Made by a program: the position numbers and the translations under genes. From Methanoregula sp. (GTDB taxonomy: Archaea > Halobacteriota > Methanomicrobia > Methanomicrobiales > Methanospirillaceae): a DNA stretch of 64,000 nucleotides. The stretch is taken from NCBI GenBank assembly GCA_039698055.1, contig JBDKTL010000032.1, positions 1 through 64,000 of the forward strand, in the 5' to 3' direction. Positions 39,188 to 49,105 of the stretch are shown here, in pieces. The notes under the pieces were generated by a model. That model was not told where the DNA came from. It saw nothing but the letters and a program-made list of their open reading frames with translations, and did no database searches. Every line of letters begins with the position of its first letter. The first letter of the stretch is position 1.

Positions 39188-39544
39188 ATGGTTACCAGAA
39201 AAACAGAAAAAGAACTCAAAGAGCTCGAAAAGAAGATTGGGAAAGTGCCGAAATTCTTTAAGGAACTGACCGAGAAAGAGCCGAAGATGTATGAACTCGT
39301 GATGAAATTTGAGGGGCATGTCTGGGATGACGGGGCCCTGACACGAAAGACCAAGAAGATAATTGCCATTGCAATTGCAGCAGCTCTTCGCGACCAGCAT
39401 GCAGTCCATGCCCAGCTGGCGGGTGCAAAGAACCTCGGAGTCACCAAAGCAGAAATTGAAGAGGGGCTCCGGGTCACCTTCCTCCTTGCCGGTATGCCAG
39501 CCTATGTCTATGGCAAGGCCCAGCTCGATGAAGTGATGAAGTGA
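39188..39544 (+). CDS. Carboxymuconolactone decarboxylase/AhpD-like protein (no Cys)
   Basis: GALTRKTKKIIAIAIAAA...GVTKAEIEE. Confidence 0.82.
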   Translation: MVTRKTEKELKELEKKIGKVPKFFKELTEKEPKMYELVMKFEGHVWDDGALTRKTKKIIAIAIAAALRDQHAVHAQLAGAKNLGVTKAEIEEGLRVTFLLAGMPAYVYGKAQLDEVMK

Positions 39545-39554
39545 AAGGAGGTAT

Positions 39555-40202
39555 ATGATGGAATCTTCTGAATGTATTTCATTCCCTGTTATCGGGGAAC
39601 CGGCACCGGATTTCGAGGCGGAGACCACCCACGGCCCGATGAAACTCTCCGGTCTCAAAGGCAAATGGGTGATCTTATTCTCTCACCCGGCGGACTTCAC
39701 ACCGGTCTGTACCACGGAATTCCTTGCATTTTCTGCCATCCACGATGAACTGAAGGCGCTCAATGTCCAGCTTGTCGGCCTCTCCGTGGATAGTGTCTCG
39801 GCCCACCTTGCATGGGTGCATTCCGTAAAAGAGAGGATGGGAGTCCAGATCCCGTTCCCGATCATCGCCGACCTGACGATGACCGTCTCCAACAAGTACG
39901 GGATGATCCATAAGGGTCAGAGCTCCACAGCAGCGGTCCGGACGGTCTTTTTTATCGATGACAAGGGAATCATGCGGGCAATGCTTTACTACCCTCTGCA
40001 GAACGGACGGTACATGCCCGAGATCATCCGCCTGGTCAAAGCGCTCCAGACAACGGACAAGTTCAAAGTGGCAACGCCGGCGAACTGGCAGCCGGGCGAC
40101 AAGGTTGTGGTCCCGGCGCCAAAGACCGCTGCCGAGATGGAGAAGCGGCCGACCGAGGGATACGAGTGTAAAGACTGGTATCTCTGCTTTAAGAAAATTT
40201 AA
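39555..40202 (+). CDS. Peroxiredoxin (Prx6/archaeal type)
   Basis: HPADFTPVCTTEF, TPANWQPG and C-terminal CKDWYLC. Confidence 0.93.
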   Translation: MMESSECISFPVIGEPAPDFEAETTHGPMKLSGLKGKWVILFSHPADFTPVCTTEFLAFSAIHDELKALNVQLVGLSVDSVSAHLAWVHSVKERMGVQIPFPIIADLTMTVSNKYGMIHKGQSSTAAVRTVFFIDDKGIMRAMLYYPLQNGRYMPEIIRLVKALQTTDKFKVATPANWQPGDKVVVPAPKTAAEMEKRPTEGYECKDWYLCFKKI

Positions 40203-40417
40203 TTACCCTTTTTTCCTGAATTGGATTGCATCAGCCGTTGTTGAATCTGTCGCTACAGGAAAATGTTCAACCGGTCAACGTTGTTTAGTCCCCCGTAAGT
40301 GCACACTGGCAGGGTACCTTTAGAGCGCCGAAGGGCACCCACCTTCCCATATCGCAGCATATTTCTTCCGTAAATTCACAAGTTACTTTAATAATCCTGA
40401 TATCAGGAGAAAAGACC

Positions 40418-40867
40418 ATGGGAGACGCTATCAAACTGGGAATCATCATCATCTGTGACCGGTACCGGACCTGTGCCGGTGGCAAGTGCCTGCGGGCACT
40501 GCGCAACCGGGAAGGTGCATTCGAGCGATACAAGGGAAAGGACGTTGAACTGGTCGGGTTTGCCACCTGCAACGGGTGCCCCGGCGGCAATGTCGAGTAC
40601 GTCCCGCAGGAGATGAAGAACAATGGTGCGGAGGTCATCCACCTTGCCACCGGCCTGATTGTCGGTTATCCTCCCTGCCCCCGGATTACCTATTTTTCCC
40701 GGTTTATTAAAGAAAAATACGGGATGGACGTGGTTTTCGGAACGCACCCGATCCCCCAGAAATATTATACAACTCACCAGAAACTCGGCTCGTGGGATTC
40801 GAACACGTGGAAAGAACTAATCACCCCGACACTCGCGGACGAAAAGACCCGGCTTGCCTATGATTAG
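40418..40867 (+). CDS. CGGC-domain protein
   Basis: CAGGKC, CNGCPG, IHLAT, PPCP and VVFGTH. Confidence 0.85.
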   Translation: MGDAIKLGIIIICDRYRTCAGGKCLRALRNREGAFERYKGKDVELVGFATCNGCPGGNVEYVPQEMKNNGAEVIHLATGLIVGYPPCPRITYFSRFIKEKYGMDVVFGTHPIPQKYYTTHQKLGSWDSNTWKELITPTLADEKTRLAYD

Positions 40868-40950
40868 TTAAGTTCGTGGTATCACCCCTGGTATCTTCAT
40901 AATCCCATCTTCATGATGGGATTGCCCAAACCAAAGTGTTTAAGCATTTA

Positions 40951-40964
40951 TGCGCATATGAGTA
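40951..40964 (+). promoter_or_regulatory. Operator copy 3 (TGCGCATATGAGTA)
   Basis: Follows TTTAAG at 40939; upstream of DUF5320-nifX-mrp. Confidence 0.8.
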
Positions 40965-40999
40965 ATTATGGTACCTGAAGCGGTGCCAGGAGAATATCA

Positions 41000-41254
41000 A
41001 TGCCAGGATTAAATGGAACAGGACCACAGGGAAATGGTCCGATGAGCGGCCGGGGATTTGGCAGGTGCCGCATGGCTCCTGCACCGGTACAGGAACCTGC
41101 AATCGCAGGACAGCCGGCTCAGGATGAGAACGGACCTGCGATATCGCAGGGTCCCATGCAGAATATTCCGGTCTACGGCCGTGGGCGCGGGGGCATCCCC
41201 TGCGGGTGCGGGGGGGGCTTCGGATTCGGTGGCCAAAGGCGCAACCAGAGATAA
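41000..41254 (+). CDS. DUF5320-family Gly/Arg-rich small protein
   Basis: MPGLNGTGPQGNGPMSGRGFGRC. Confidence 0.8.
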   Translation: MPGLNGTGPQGNGPMSGRGFGRCRMAPAPVQEPAIAGQPAQDENGPAISQGPMQNIPVYGRGRGGIPCGCGGGFGFGGQRRNQR

Positions 41255-41281
41255 GAATTCAATATTTTTGGAGGTTTTATA

Positions 41282-41641
41282 GTGAAAGTTGCAATTGCAA
41301 AAGAGGGAGATATGGTATCCGAGCATTTCGGCCACTGTACTGAATATGCAGTGTTTGTTATCGAAAATTCAAAGATCACTTCACGGGAAATTCTCAAGAG
41401 CCCCGGGCACGAGCCGGGAAAATTGCCGCCATTCCTTGCCGGGCATAAGGTTACGCACGTCCTTGCAGGGGGGATGGGCCCACGGGCAGTGGACCTGTTC
41501 TGCGAGAATAATATTGAAGTGTTTCTTGGAGTACGGGGCCCGATCGAATCCGTTATCAAGGATTTCATAGCCGGAAAAATTGCGCAGGGTGAGAGCAGCT
41601 GTACCCACGGTGAAGAAGGGCACGAAGGGTGCGACCATTAA
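41282..41641 (+). CDS. NifB/NifX-family protein with His/Cys tail
   Basis: HFGHC, PGHEPG, AGGMGPRA and CTHGEEGHEGCDH. Confidence 0.88.
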   Translation: MKVAIAKEGDMVSEHFGHCTEYAVFVIENSKITSREILKSPGHEPGKLPPFLAGHKVTHVLAGGMGPRAVDLFCENNIEVFLGVRGPIESVIKDFIAGKIAQGESSCTHGEEGHEGCDH

Positions 41642-41770
41642 CCCTGTGGATTACGTGTACATTTCTGAAGAATGAATGATCAGCTCCCTGTTCCCGGGGA
41701 CACAGGACCGTACATCCGGGCCATCGCTCGAATGAGATCACTTAAAGGGTAATTTGCGATACGGATAATC

Positions 41771-42616
41771 ATGACACTACAAAATGAAAAGCACCCGGAG
41801 ACGAGGGGTGCATCCCCTGCACCAAAAGGGTTGCCAGCGAAAGCAAAGATCGATGTGAAACACGTCATTCTTGTATTGAGCGGCAAGGGGGGCGTGGGCA
41901 AATCCACTGTGTCTGTTAATCTCGCCTCAGCTCTCGCAGCTCATGGCAGGCAGGTCGGATTGCTCGATCTCGACATCCATGGCCCCGATATTCCAAAGAT
42001 GCTGGGGATTGAGGTCCAGCGGCCTGCGGTTCTGGAGAACATCATGGAGCCGATCCATGTAACCGGGAAACTCAAGGTCATGTCAATGGCATTCCTGCTT
42101 GCGGATACGAGTACTCCGGTCGTCTGGCGAGGGCCCATGAAGATGACCGCAATCAGGCAGTTCCTTTCTGAAGTGAACTGGGGGACGCTTGATTACCTGA
42201 TCGTCGACCTCCCGCCGGGGACCGGGGATGAGGCACTCTCCATTATTCAGCTCGCACCAAATGTTCAGGGCGCCGTAATCGTTACCACGCCCCAGGATGT
42301 CGCAGTGCTCGATGCGGTGAAGGCAGTAAAATTCATTGAAAAACTGGATCTGCCGGTCATCGGGATCATCGAGAACATGAGCGGGATGATATGTCCCCAC
42401 TGCGGTGGTGCCATTAACCTGTTTGGCAGGGGTGGCGGACACAAAGCGGCAGAGGAACTGGGCGTTCCCTATCTTGGCGCTATCCCGCTCGATCCGGAGA
42501 TGGTAAAAGCCGGAGATGAGGGGCGCCCGTACATCCTCCGCCATGCAGACACACCTACATGGAAAGCGGTGGACGACGTGATGGAAAACCTGGCAAAACT
42601 GGTCGAATCCCCGTAG
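41771..42616 (+). CDS. mrp: Mrp/NBP35 (ApbC) Fe-S cluster carrier ATPase
   Basis: SGKGGVGKST, WRGP, DLPPGTGD and ENMS..CPHC. Confidence 0.92.
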   Translation: MTLQNEKHPETRGASPAPKGLPAKAKIDVKHVILVLSGKGGVGKSTVSVNLASALAAHGRQVGLLDLDIHGPDIPKMLGIEVQRPAVLENIMEPIHVTGKLKVMSMAFLLADTSTPVVWRGPMKMTAIRQFLSEVNWGTLDYLIVDLPPGTGDEALSIIQLAPNVQGAVIVTTPQDVAVLDAVKAVKFIEKLDLPVIGIIENMSGMICPHCGGAINLFGRGGGHKAAEELGVPYLGAIPLDPEMVKAGDEGRPYILRHADTPTWKAVDDVMENLAKLVESP

Positions 42617-42660
42617 GATTCTCTATTTTTGCCATTAAAAAAATCGCAGAACGTACAAGC

Positions 42661-42984
42661 ATGAAAAAATACCCTGGAGTCCCGGAACTGCTCGAGCAGT
42701 ACATGTTCGACACGAGAAGAACTGAGCGATGGGTTACGGTACACGAACTCCGGGATCAGTTCGGCCTGACACGATACCAGTGCAATACGGTATCCGGGTT
42801 CCTGCGCCGGCTGGAACACGGGCCGTTTGGCCAGTTTCCGTTTATTGTTGCCAAGATTGAACGGACGGGGGGGAAAAATCCTTCCGATCCCAAAAAATGC
42901 CGGTATCTCTTGAAACGGCGGCAATATGCTTCTGCGCAAAGACAGCAGATAGAATATTCTGTAATTGCAGAGGGAGACCGGTAA
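42661..42984 (+). CDS. Hypothetical protein, paralog of 54096-54395 (possible wHTH)
   Basis: Shares PELLEQYM, W.TV..LR and SGFLRR..HGPF with the second copy. Confidence 0.7.
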   Translation: MKKYPGVPELLEQYMFDTRRTERWVTVHELRDQFGLTRYQCNTVSGFLRRLEHGPFGQFPFIVAKIERTGGKNPSDPKKCRYLLKRRQYASAQRQQIEYSVIAEGDR

Positions 42985-43398
42985 AAGCTGATGATTAAAT
43001 CTATCAGCGATTATTTTTGCTCGTACTAAAAAAGGTATCCGCTCCTTACAAGCCCGGGCACCAGAAACTTTAAGGGAAAGAATCATGGCATGCAACAGGG
43101 AGATACCTGTACTCTTTGAACAATACATGAATCACTGCGGCGGGAGAGAACAATGGATTGCTGTACAGGAGTTCACCACCTATTTTCACCTTTATGAATT
43201 TTCTGCACCTGCAGTGTAACCGAACAGTTTACCGACACCGGAAACCTTCCAATGTAAAACACGGGGGTGTTACTTTTTCACCATCCATATTGGGATGATG
43301 AAAAATTAATTTAAAAGTTTAAAATTTTTGATTTACTTTTTTAATAAAATAATGTCAATTCATTAACTATATTACGAATTATGCCCAATATGAGCATT

Positions 43399-44241
43399 AT
43401 GAAACACGTACGATATTTGCTCGTTTTCGCTCTGTTGATCGTCTGTGCAATGATCGCAGCTGGCTGTACCACCCCTTCAGGGGGATCAGGAACCACCCCT
43501 TCTGCGTCAGCTACCATCACGTCGGACACAGCACAGGGCAGTATCCTTGTCTACGGCGGTGCAGGGTTGAAAGCTCCCCTTGACGAGATCGGTACGGCAT
43601 TCACGAAAAAATACGGCATCGCAGTCCAGTATAATTACGGCGGCGCCGGCACCCTCGTCTCGCAGATGAACCTGACACGAAAAGGCGACGTATTCATGCC
43701 CGGATCAACCGTCGAGTTTAAAAACGCAAAAGACCAGGGCCTCGTGAACTCAAGCCAGCTTGTTGCCTATCACGTCCCGGTCATCGTTGTCCAGAAGGGT
43801 AACCCGAAAAATATCGCATCGCTGAAAGATTTTGCACAGCCCGGACTCAAAGTTGCTCTTGGAGATGTTAGTGCAACCGCGATCGGAAAAGCCGGGGCAA
43901 AGATGTTCCAGAAACTCAATATCACAGCAGCTGTCGAGAAAAATGTTGTCACACGAACACCGACCATCAACGAACTCACGATCATCATGAACACCGGACA
44001 GGCCGATGCGGCAATCCTGACCCTTGATCAGGTTAACCCGGAAAAAGTCGATGCAATCACCATCCCGGTCAGCGATAATGCAGTCCTCATCACACCTATC
44101 GGCATGACAACGTTCTCGCAGAACCCTGGTGCGGCAGGTAAGTTTGTTGATTATGTCGCCTCGGATGAAGGAAAGGCGTTCTTTGCAAAACACGGCTTCC
44201 CCGTCTACCCGGACCCGGTCTATGCAAGTGTGAAGCCGTGA
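43399..44241 (+). CDS. modA: Molybdate/tungstate ABC substrate-binding lipoprotein
   Basis: Lipobox AAGC; GAGL, YGGAGTL, GDVFMPG and KGNPKNI. Confidence 0.88.
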   Translation: MKHVRYLLVFALLIVCAMIAAGCTTPSGGSGTTPSASATITSDTAQGSILVYGGAGLKAPLDEIGTAFTKKYGIAVQYNYGGAGTLVSQMNLTRKGDVFMPGSTVEFKNAKDQGLVNSSQLVAYHVPVIVVQKGNPKNIASLKDFAQPGLKVALGDVSATAIGKAGAKMFQKLNITAAVEKNVVTRTPTINELTIIMNTGQADAAILTLDQVNPEKVDAITIPVSDNAVLITPIGMTTFSQNPGAAGKFVDYVASDEGKAFFAKHGFPVYPDPVYASVKP

Positions 44242-44270
44242 GGGAAAAGGCTTGAAACGTGAGGAGAGAA

Positions 44271-44774
44271 ATGATCGATTTCAAACCCGTTGGCATTGCC
44301 CATTCCCCGTTCAGGACTCCCGGTGCTCCGCCGTTCCAGAGTGCATTCTCGCAGGCAGATGGAACGATTGAGATATTTGGGGAATTCCAGGAAGGGCTCA
44401 TAAATATCGGGGGTTTCTCCCATCTCATCATCCTTTCCCATTTTGACCGGGCAACACGCCGGGCCCTGACCGAACAGCCGCTTTCTGACGGCAATGCAGA
44501 GCATGGCATTTTTGCCACCCGCCATTTCAACCGTCCCAACCCCATCGGGATTTCCTATGTTGCCCTGAAAGGAGTAAACGGATGTACCCTGTCTGTCAGC
44601 GGTCTCGACCTCCTGGACGGAACACCGGTTCTTGACATCAAACCCTATGTTCCCGCATTCGACAGCATTCCCGAAGCCATATCCGGGTGGGTAACCGGTG
44701 AACACATCGGGAGGATACGGGACACCAGTATCCGTGCCCAGCAGGCCCTTGAACACGGTCTGCCGCAGGAATAA
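44271..44774 (+). CDS. tsaA: TsaA/TrmO-family protein, paralog 2 (inside mod operon)
   Basis: GIFATRHFNRPNPIG and LDGTPVLDIKPY. Confidence 0.82.
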   Translation: MIDFKPVGIAHSPFRTPGAPPFQSAFSQADGTIEIFGEFQEGLINIGGFSHLIILSHFDRATRRALTEQPLSDGNAEHGIFATRHFNRPNPIGISYVALKGVNGCTLSVSGLDLLDGTPVLDIKPYVPAFDSIPEAISGWVTGEHIGRIRDTSIRAQQALEHGLPQE

Positions 44775-44794
44775 CACAAAGGAACAACACGCTG

Positions 44795-45568
44795 ATGCGC
44801 AGAATCTCTCTTGCCCTCACCGGCATCGTTTTTCTTGCCATCAGCATCATTCTTATCGGGCTTGTCACGTACGCGCCACTGCCCGTACTTGCTGCCAGCC
44901 TTGAAAATCCTGAGATACAGTTTGCAATTCTGCTCAGCCTCGTCACCAGTGCGATATCGACGCTGATCTGCATTGCCGTCGCTATCCCTGTCGCATATGC
45001 CCTCAGCCGGTACCGCTTTTCTGGAAAACGGATCGTAGAACTTGCCCTGACAACCCCGTTGACACTTCCCCCGCTGGTTGCAGGTATTGCACTTCTCCTG
45101 TTCTTTGGAACAACTCCGTGGGGAAATGCTTTGGAACAGGCCGGTTTCATCGTCATTTTCACACCGGTTGGGATCATTGTTGCCGAGGTTTTTGTAAACC
45201 TGCCCTATATGATCCGGATCCTGCGATCCGCATTTTCAACGATTAATCCCCGGTATGAATACGTGGCAAAGACCCTCGGGTGCACGGATACCGGTGCATT
45301 TCTCCAGGTAACCCTGCCAATGGCACGACAAGGCCTTCTTGCCGGTACGGTCATCACATGGTCAAAGGCAATGGGGGAATTCGGTGCGGTGCTGATGGTT
45401 GCCGGTGCGACGACCATGAGAACGGAAACATTGCCCATAGCGCTCTACCTCAATATCTCAACTGGCGATGTCGACCTTGCGGTATCGGCGGCAACAATCC
45501 TGATCCTGATCTCGCTTATTGCCGTATGTGGTGCCGAATACATTTCACGGGACGTGAATGTCTTTTAG
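44795..45568 (+). CDS. modB: Molybdate/tungstate ABC permease
   Basis: LPPLVAGIALL, EAA-like YEYVAKTLG and GEFGA. Confidence 0.88.
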   Translation: MRRISLALTGIVFLAISIILIGLVTYAPLPVLAASLENPEIQFAILLSLVTSAISTLICIAVAIPVAYALSRYRFSGKRIVELALTTPLTLPPLVAGIALLLFFGTTPWGNALEQAGFIVIFTPVGIIVAEVFVNLPYMIRILRSAFSTINPRYEYVAKTLGCTDTGAFLQVTLPMARQGLLAGTVITWSKAMGEFGAVLMVAGATTMRTETLPIALYLNISTGDVDLAVSAATILILISLIAVCGAEYISRDVNVF

Positions 45569-45580
45569 GAGGTTGTCTTT

Positions 45581-46657
45581 GTGCTGCGCCTTGAATCCAT
45601 TTCGATAACTCTTGGTGATTTTGCCATCCGGGACGTATCCTTTGAGATACAAGCCGGCGATTATTTCATCCTTCTTGGGCCAAGCGGCGCTGGTAAGACC
45701 ATACTTCTTGAGATGATTGCCGGCATCCACACGCCAAATGCCGGGAAGATTTTCCTTAATGGGGAGGACATTACCTCTGTGGAGCCCCGCAAGCGTCGGA
45801 TCGGCATGGTCTACCAGGATTATATGCTCTTTCCCCATCTCACGGTTGCCGATAATATTTCGTTCGGGTTACGCCAGCAGCACCGGCCAATCCGGGAACA
45901 AGAGGAGCGGACGAAAGAAACCGCTGCCCTGCTTGAGATCGATCATTTGTCCGCAAGGTACCCTGGCAGCCTGAGCGGCGGTGAGCAGCAGCGGGTCGCA
46001 CTCGCCCGGGCGCTGGTGCTCCGGCCCTCTGTTCTCCTGCTTGACGAACCCATGAATGCACTGGACAACCGTACCCGCGAGCGCATGAGAACTGAACTTG
46101 CCCATATCCAGAAACTCACCGGCACGACAATTCTCCAGATAACCCATCATTTTGAGGAGGTCTATGCTCTTGCAAACCGGATCGCCATCATGCGGGAAGG
46201 TACGATTGTCCAGACGGGAGAGCCAACGGACGTCTTCCAGCACCCGGCCGATACGTTTGTTGCAGAGTTCCTTGGGATAGGAAATATCATTCGCGGGAGA
46301 TCGTCCATCACGGGAACTCTTTCAGAGATAACCACAGAAACAGGAGCCGTGTTCTTTTCAGCATCATGTTTTTACGGCGATGTCGTGGCTACCCTGTATC
46401 CCGAAGACGTGATCCTGTCACCGGCTCCGTTTGTCTCCAGCGCACGAAACTGCCTGTTTGCAACCGTTTCCCAGATTATACCCCTCGGGAGCACCGCGAG
46501 GATTATCCTTGATGCGGGATTCCCACTCACGGCACTTCTTACCCGTGAAAGCTGTCGTGAACTTGACCTTTGGCCCGGCTCACCGGTATATGCAACATTC
46601 AAGGCGTCGGCAGTTCACGTTATACCGGTTCAATCCGGCAATAATGCCCCCCGATAA
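45581..46657 (+). CDS. modC: Molybdate/tungstate ABC ATPase with TOBE domain
   Basis: GPSGAGKT, LSGGEQQR and C-terminal SARN...FKASAVH. Confidence 0.88.
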   Translation: MLRLESISITLGDFAIRDVSFEIQAGDYFILLGPSGAGKTILLEMIAGIHTPNAGKIFLNGEDITSVEPRKRRIGMVYQDYMLFPHLTVADNISFGLRQQHRPIREQEERTKETAALLEIDHLSARYPGSLSGGEQQRVALARALVLRPSVLLLDEPMNALDNRTRERMRTELAHIQKLTGTTILQITHHFEEVYALANRIAIMREGTIVQTGEPTDVFQHPADTFVAEFLGIGNIIRGRSSITGTLSEITTETGAVFFSASCFYGDVVATLYPEDVILSPAPFVSSARNCLFATVSQIIPLGSTARIILDAGFPLTALLTRESCRELDLWPGSPVYATFKASAVHVIPVQSGNNAPR

Positions 46658-46840
46658 GAAGATTCAGGGAATCAGGGTTGTTTTCCCTGCAGCCACAGCG
46701 GGAGAATTCCGGGGCATGGCCAGTTCGGGGTTTTAACACATTTTAATTCAGTACAATTATATTAAATTATTTCTTAAAAAAAGTAACACTAAATCAATAT
46801 GTTTGGAATTTAAATAAGATCTGATATTAACCAATATCCT

Positions 46841-48019
46841 ATGAATATGAAAAAAACAGGACTTACATTAACATTGGTAGTAACGATTTTTGCTGTACTG
46901 GTGCTCGTTGCCGGATGCATAAACAATACCAACACCCCGCAAGATCCCGGTTCTTCGGTATCCGCACCAACGGGCGAGCCGGTATCCATATCCATAACTG
47001 ACGGGTACGGAAGGATAGTATCCATTCCCACGAACCCTGATCGTATTATCTGTTCGGGTTCCGGATGCCTGAGATACGTCTGCTATCTCGGAGCCCAAAA
47101 TAAAATCGTTGGTGTGGACAGCATAGAGAAAACCAAACAGGCCGTAGAAGGGCGGGCATATGCACTGGCAAACCCGCAGTTTGCTTCACTCCCCCTGATC
47201 GGTGAATACCGGGGTAAAGATGATCCCGAGAAGATCATCGGGATCGGTCCACAGGTGATCTTCAAGACTGCATCCCTAACCGAACAGCCGGCAAATGCCA
47301 TCGCTGCTGCCGACACCCTCCAGAACAAGACTGCAATTCCTGTGGTCGAGATGCCATACGGTGACCTTTCAACGGACAACGGGAAGACACAGGCATACAG
47401 CACCCTTCGCATGATGGGAACCATCACCCACACAAGTGCCCGGGCAGAAGAACTGATCGCTTATATTGATGCAACGGTTGCGGACCTGAAAAAACGCACA
47501 CAGGATATTCCAAAATCCGAGCAGAAAACTGCATATGTCGGTGGTGTATCCTACAGCGGCCCCCATGGGATTATTTCCACCGAACCCGCTTATCCTCCCT
47601 TTGCCATGGTGAATGTCAATAACATTGCAGGGCAGGCAGGCACCCAGCACGCAGATATCTCAAAAGAGACCCTTGTCAGCGCAGACCCTGATTTTATTTT
47701 TATCGATCTCGGGACAACGCAAATCCCCGATGGGGGAGCGATTGTAGAACTCAGGACCAATCCCGCATTCTCCAGTCTTTTGGCGGTAAAGAACCAGAAA
47801 GTGTACGGCATCCTGCCCTATAACTTCTATTCGACGAATTATGAGTCCGTTCTTGCAGATGCCTATTTCATAGGAAAAACCATGTACCCCGATCGCTTCG
47901 CAGACATCGATCCACAAGTGAAAGCAGACGAGATCTATACAGAATTTGTCGGCAAGCCGGTCTTTGCATCCCTCAATGCAAACTACGACAACAGTGGATT
48001 CCAGCAAATACCGGTCTGA
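46841..48019 (+). CDS. Fe-complex/cobalamin-type ABC substrate-binding lipoprotein
   Basis: Lipobox VAGC; IVGVD, DPEKII, DPDFIF and AVKNQKVY. Confidence 0.85.
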   Translation: MNMKKTGLTLTLVVTIFAVLVLVAGCINNTNTPQDPGSSVSAPTGEPVSISITDGYGRIVSIPTNPDRIICSGSGCLRYVCYLGAQNKIVGVDSIEKTKQAVEGRAYALANPQFASLPLIGEYRGKDDPEKIIGIGPQVIFKTASLTEQPANAIAAADTLQNKTAIPVVEMPYGDLSTDNGKTQAYSTLRMMGTITHTSARAEELIAYIDATVADLKKRTQDIPKSEQKTAYVGGVSYSGPHGIISTEPAYPPFAMVNVNNIAGQAGTQHADISKETLVSADPDFIFIDLGTTQIPDGGAIVELRTNPAFSSLLAVKNQKVYGILPYNFYSTNYESVLADAYFIGKTMYPDRFADIDPQVKADEIYTEFVGKPVFASLNANYDNSGFQQIPV

Positions 48020-48034
48020 TACGGGCAGGAAACC

Positions 48035-49105
48035 ATGCACACAGAAGAGGGGAAAATCCCCCACGATTACCTGGCCTATACCCACAAGAAGGTGGTCTGG
48101 ATAGGTGCAGGCATCGTGTTCGTGTTTGTCCTCTTCATCCTTGCAATCTCGGTCGGGGCAGTTGCCATCCCCCCGATTGAAGTTCTCCAGACCCTGCTTG
48201 GATCCAGCACATCGGTGAAATGGGATCGCATAATCTGGAATATCCGGTTACCCCAGGCCATCGCGGCAATTGTTGCAGGCACCGGCCTCGCGGTTGCAGG
48301 TGTTGCCATGCAGTCCATCCTGAGAAACCCGCTTGCTTCCCCGTTCACGCTTGGCATATCCAGTGCCGGGGCATTCGGGGCGGCGGTTTCGATCATCGTG
48401 CTGGGCACGGGCAGGATCCAGTCCACGGTAGCAAACCCGGTATCAATCTCGAACCCGTACCTGACCACGGTTGTTGCCTTCCTCTTCTGCATGCTTGCAA
48501 CAGTCGTTATTCTCATCATCTCCCACCTCAAAGGGGCGTCTCCCGAGGTTATGGTCCTGACCGGTGTAGCACTTTCGTCACTCTTCTCAGCCGGGGTCAT
48601 GTTCCTGCAGTTCTTCTCAAGCGATACCCAGCTTGCAGCTGTGGTCTTCTGGACATTCGGGGATGTCGGTCGCGCAACATGGGACACACTGCCGTTCATG
48701 GCACTGGTGGTTGCCGGCTCAACCATCTATTTCCTTCTCAACCGGTGGAATTACAATGCGATCGATGCCGGTGATGAAACCGCACAGGGGCTTGGGGTCA
48801 ATGTCACCCGCATTCGCCTCGTTGGAATGACCGTTGCCGCACTGGTCTCGGCAGTTATTGTCGCACTGCTTGGGATCATCGGTTTTGTCGGACTTGTCTG
48901 CCCCCATATGGTCAGGAGAATTGTCGGGGACGACCAGCGGTACCTGATCCCCGGTTCAGCCGTCGCAGGTGCGATCCTGCTGCTCGCATCGGATACCGTG
49001 GCACGGATTATCGTGGCACCGTATATCCTCCCGGTCGCCGTTTTAACAGCATTCATGGGAGCACCCATATTCATCTACCTGCTGTTCAGGGGGTATAAAC
49101 GATGA
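48035..49105 (+). CDS. FecCD/BtuC-family ABC permease
   Basis: IRLPQ, RNPLASPFTLGIS and IGFVGLVCPH. Confidence 0.9.
   Translation: MHTEEGKIPHDYLAYTHKKVVWIGAGIVFVFVLFILAISVGAVAIPPIEVLQTLLGSSTSVKWDRIIWNIRLPQAIAAIVAGTGLAVAGVAMQSILRNPLASPFTLGISSAGAFGAAVSIIVLGTGRIQSTVANPVSISNPYLTTVVAFLFCMLATVVILIISHLKGASPEVMVLTGVALSSLFSAGVMFLQFFSSDTQLAAVVFWTFGDVGRATWDTLPFMALVVAGSTIYFLLNRWNYNAIDAGDETAQGLGVNVTRIRLVGMTVAALVSAVIVALLGIIGFVGLVCPHMVRRIVGDDQRYLIPGSAVAGAILLLASDTVARIIVAPYILPVAVLTAFMGAPIFIYLLFRGYKR

Noticed and set aside
38912-39664. 497-aa version of the DUF364 ORF
   Set aside because: The extension is antisense to the CMD and Prx genes and crosses a promoter; the family-like sequence starts at ATG 38911
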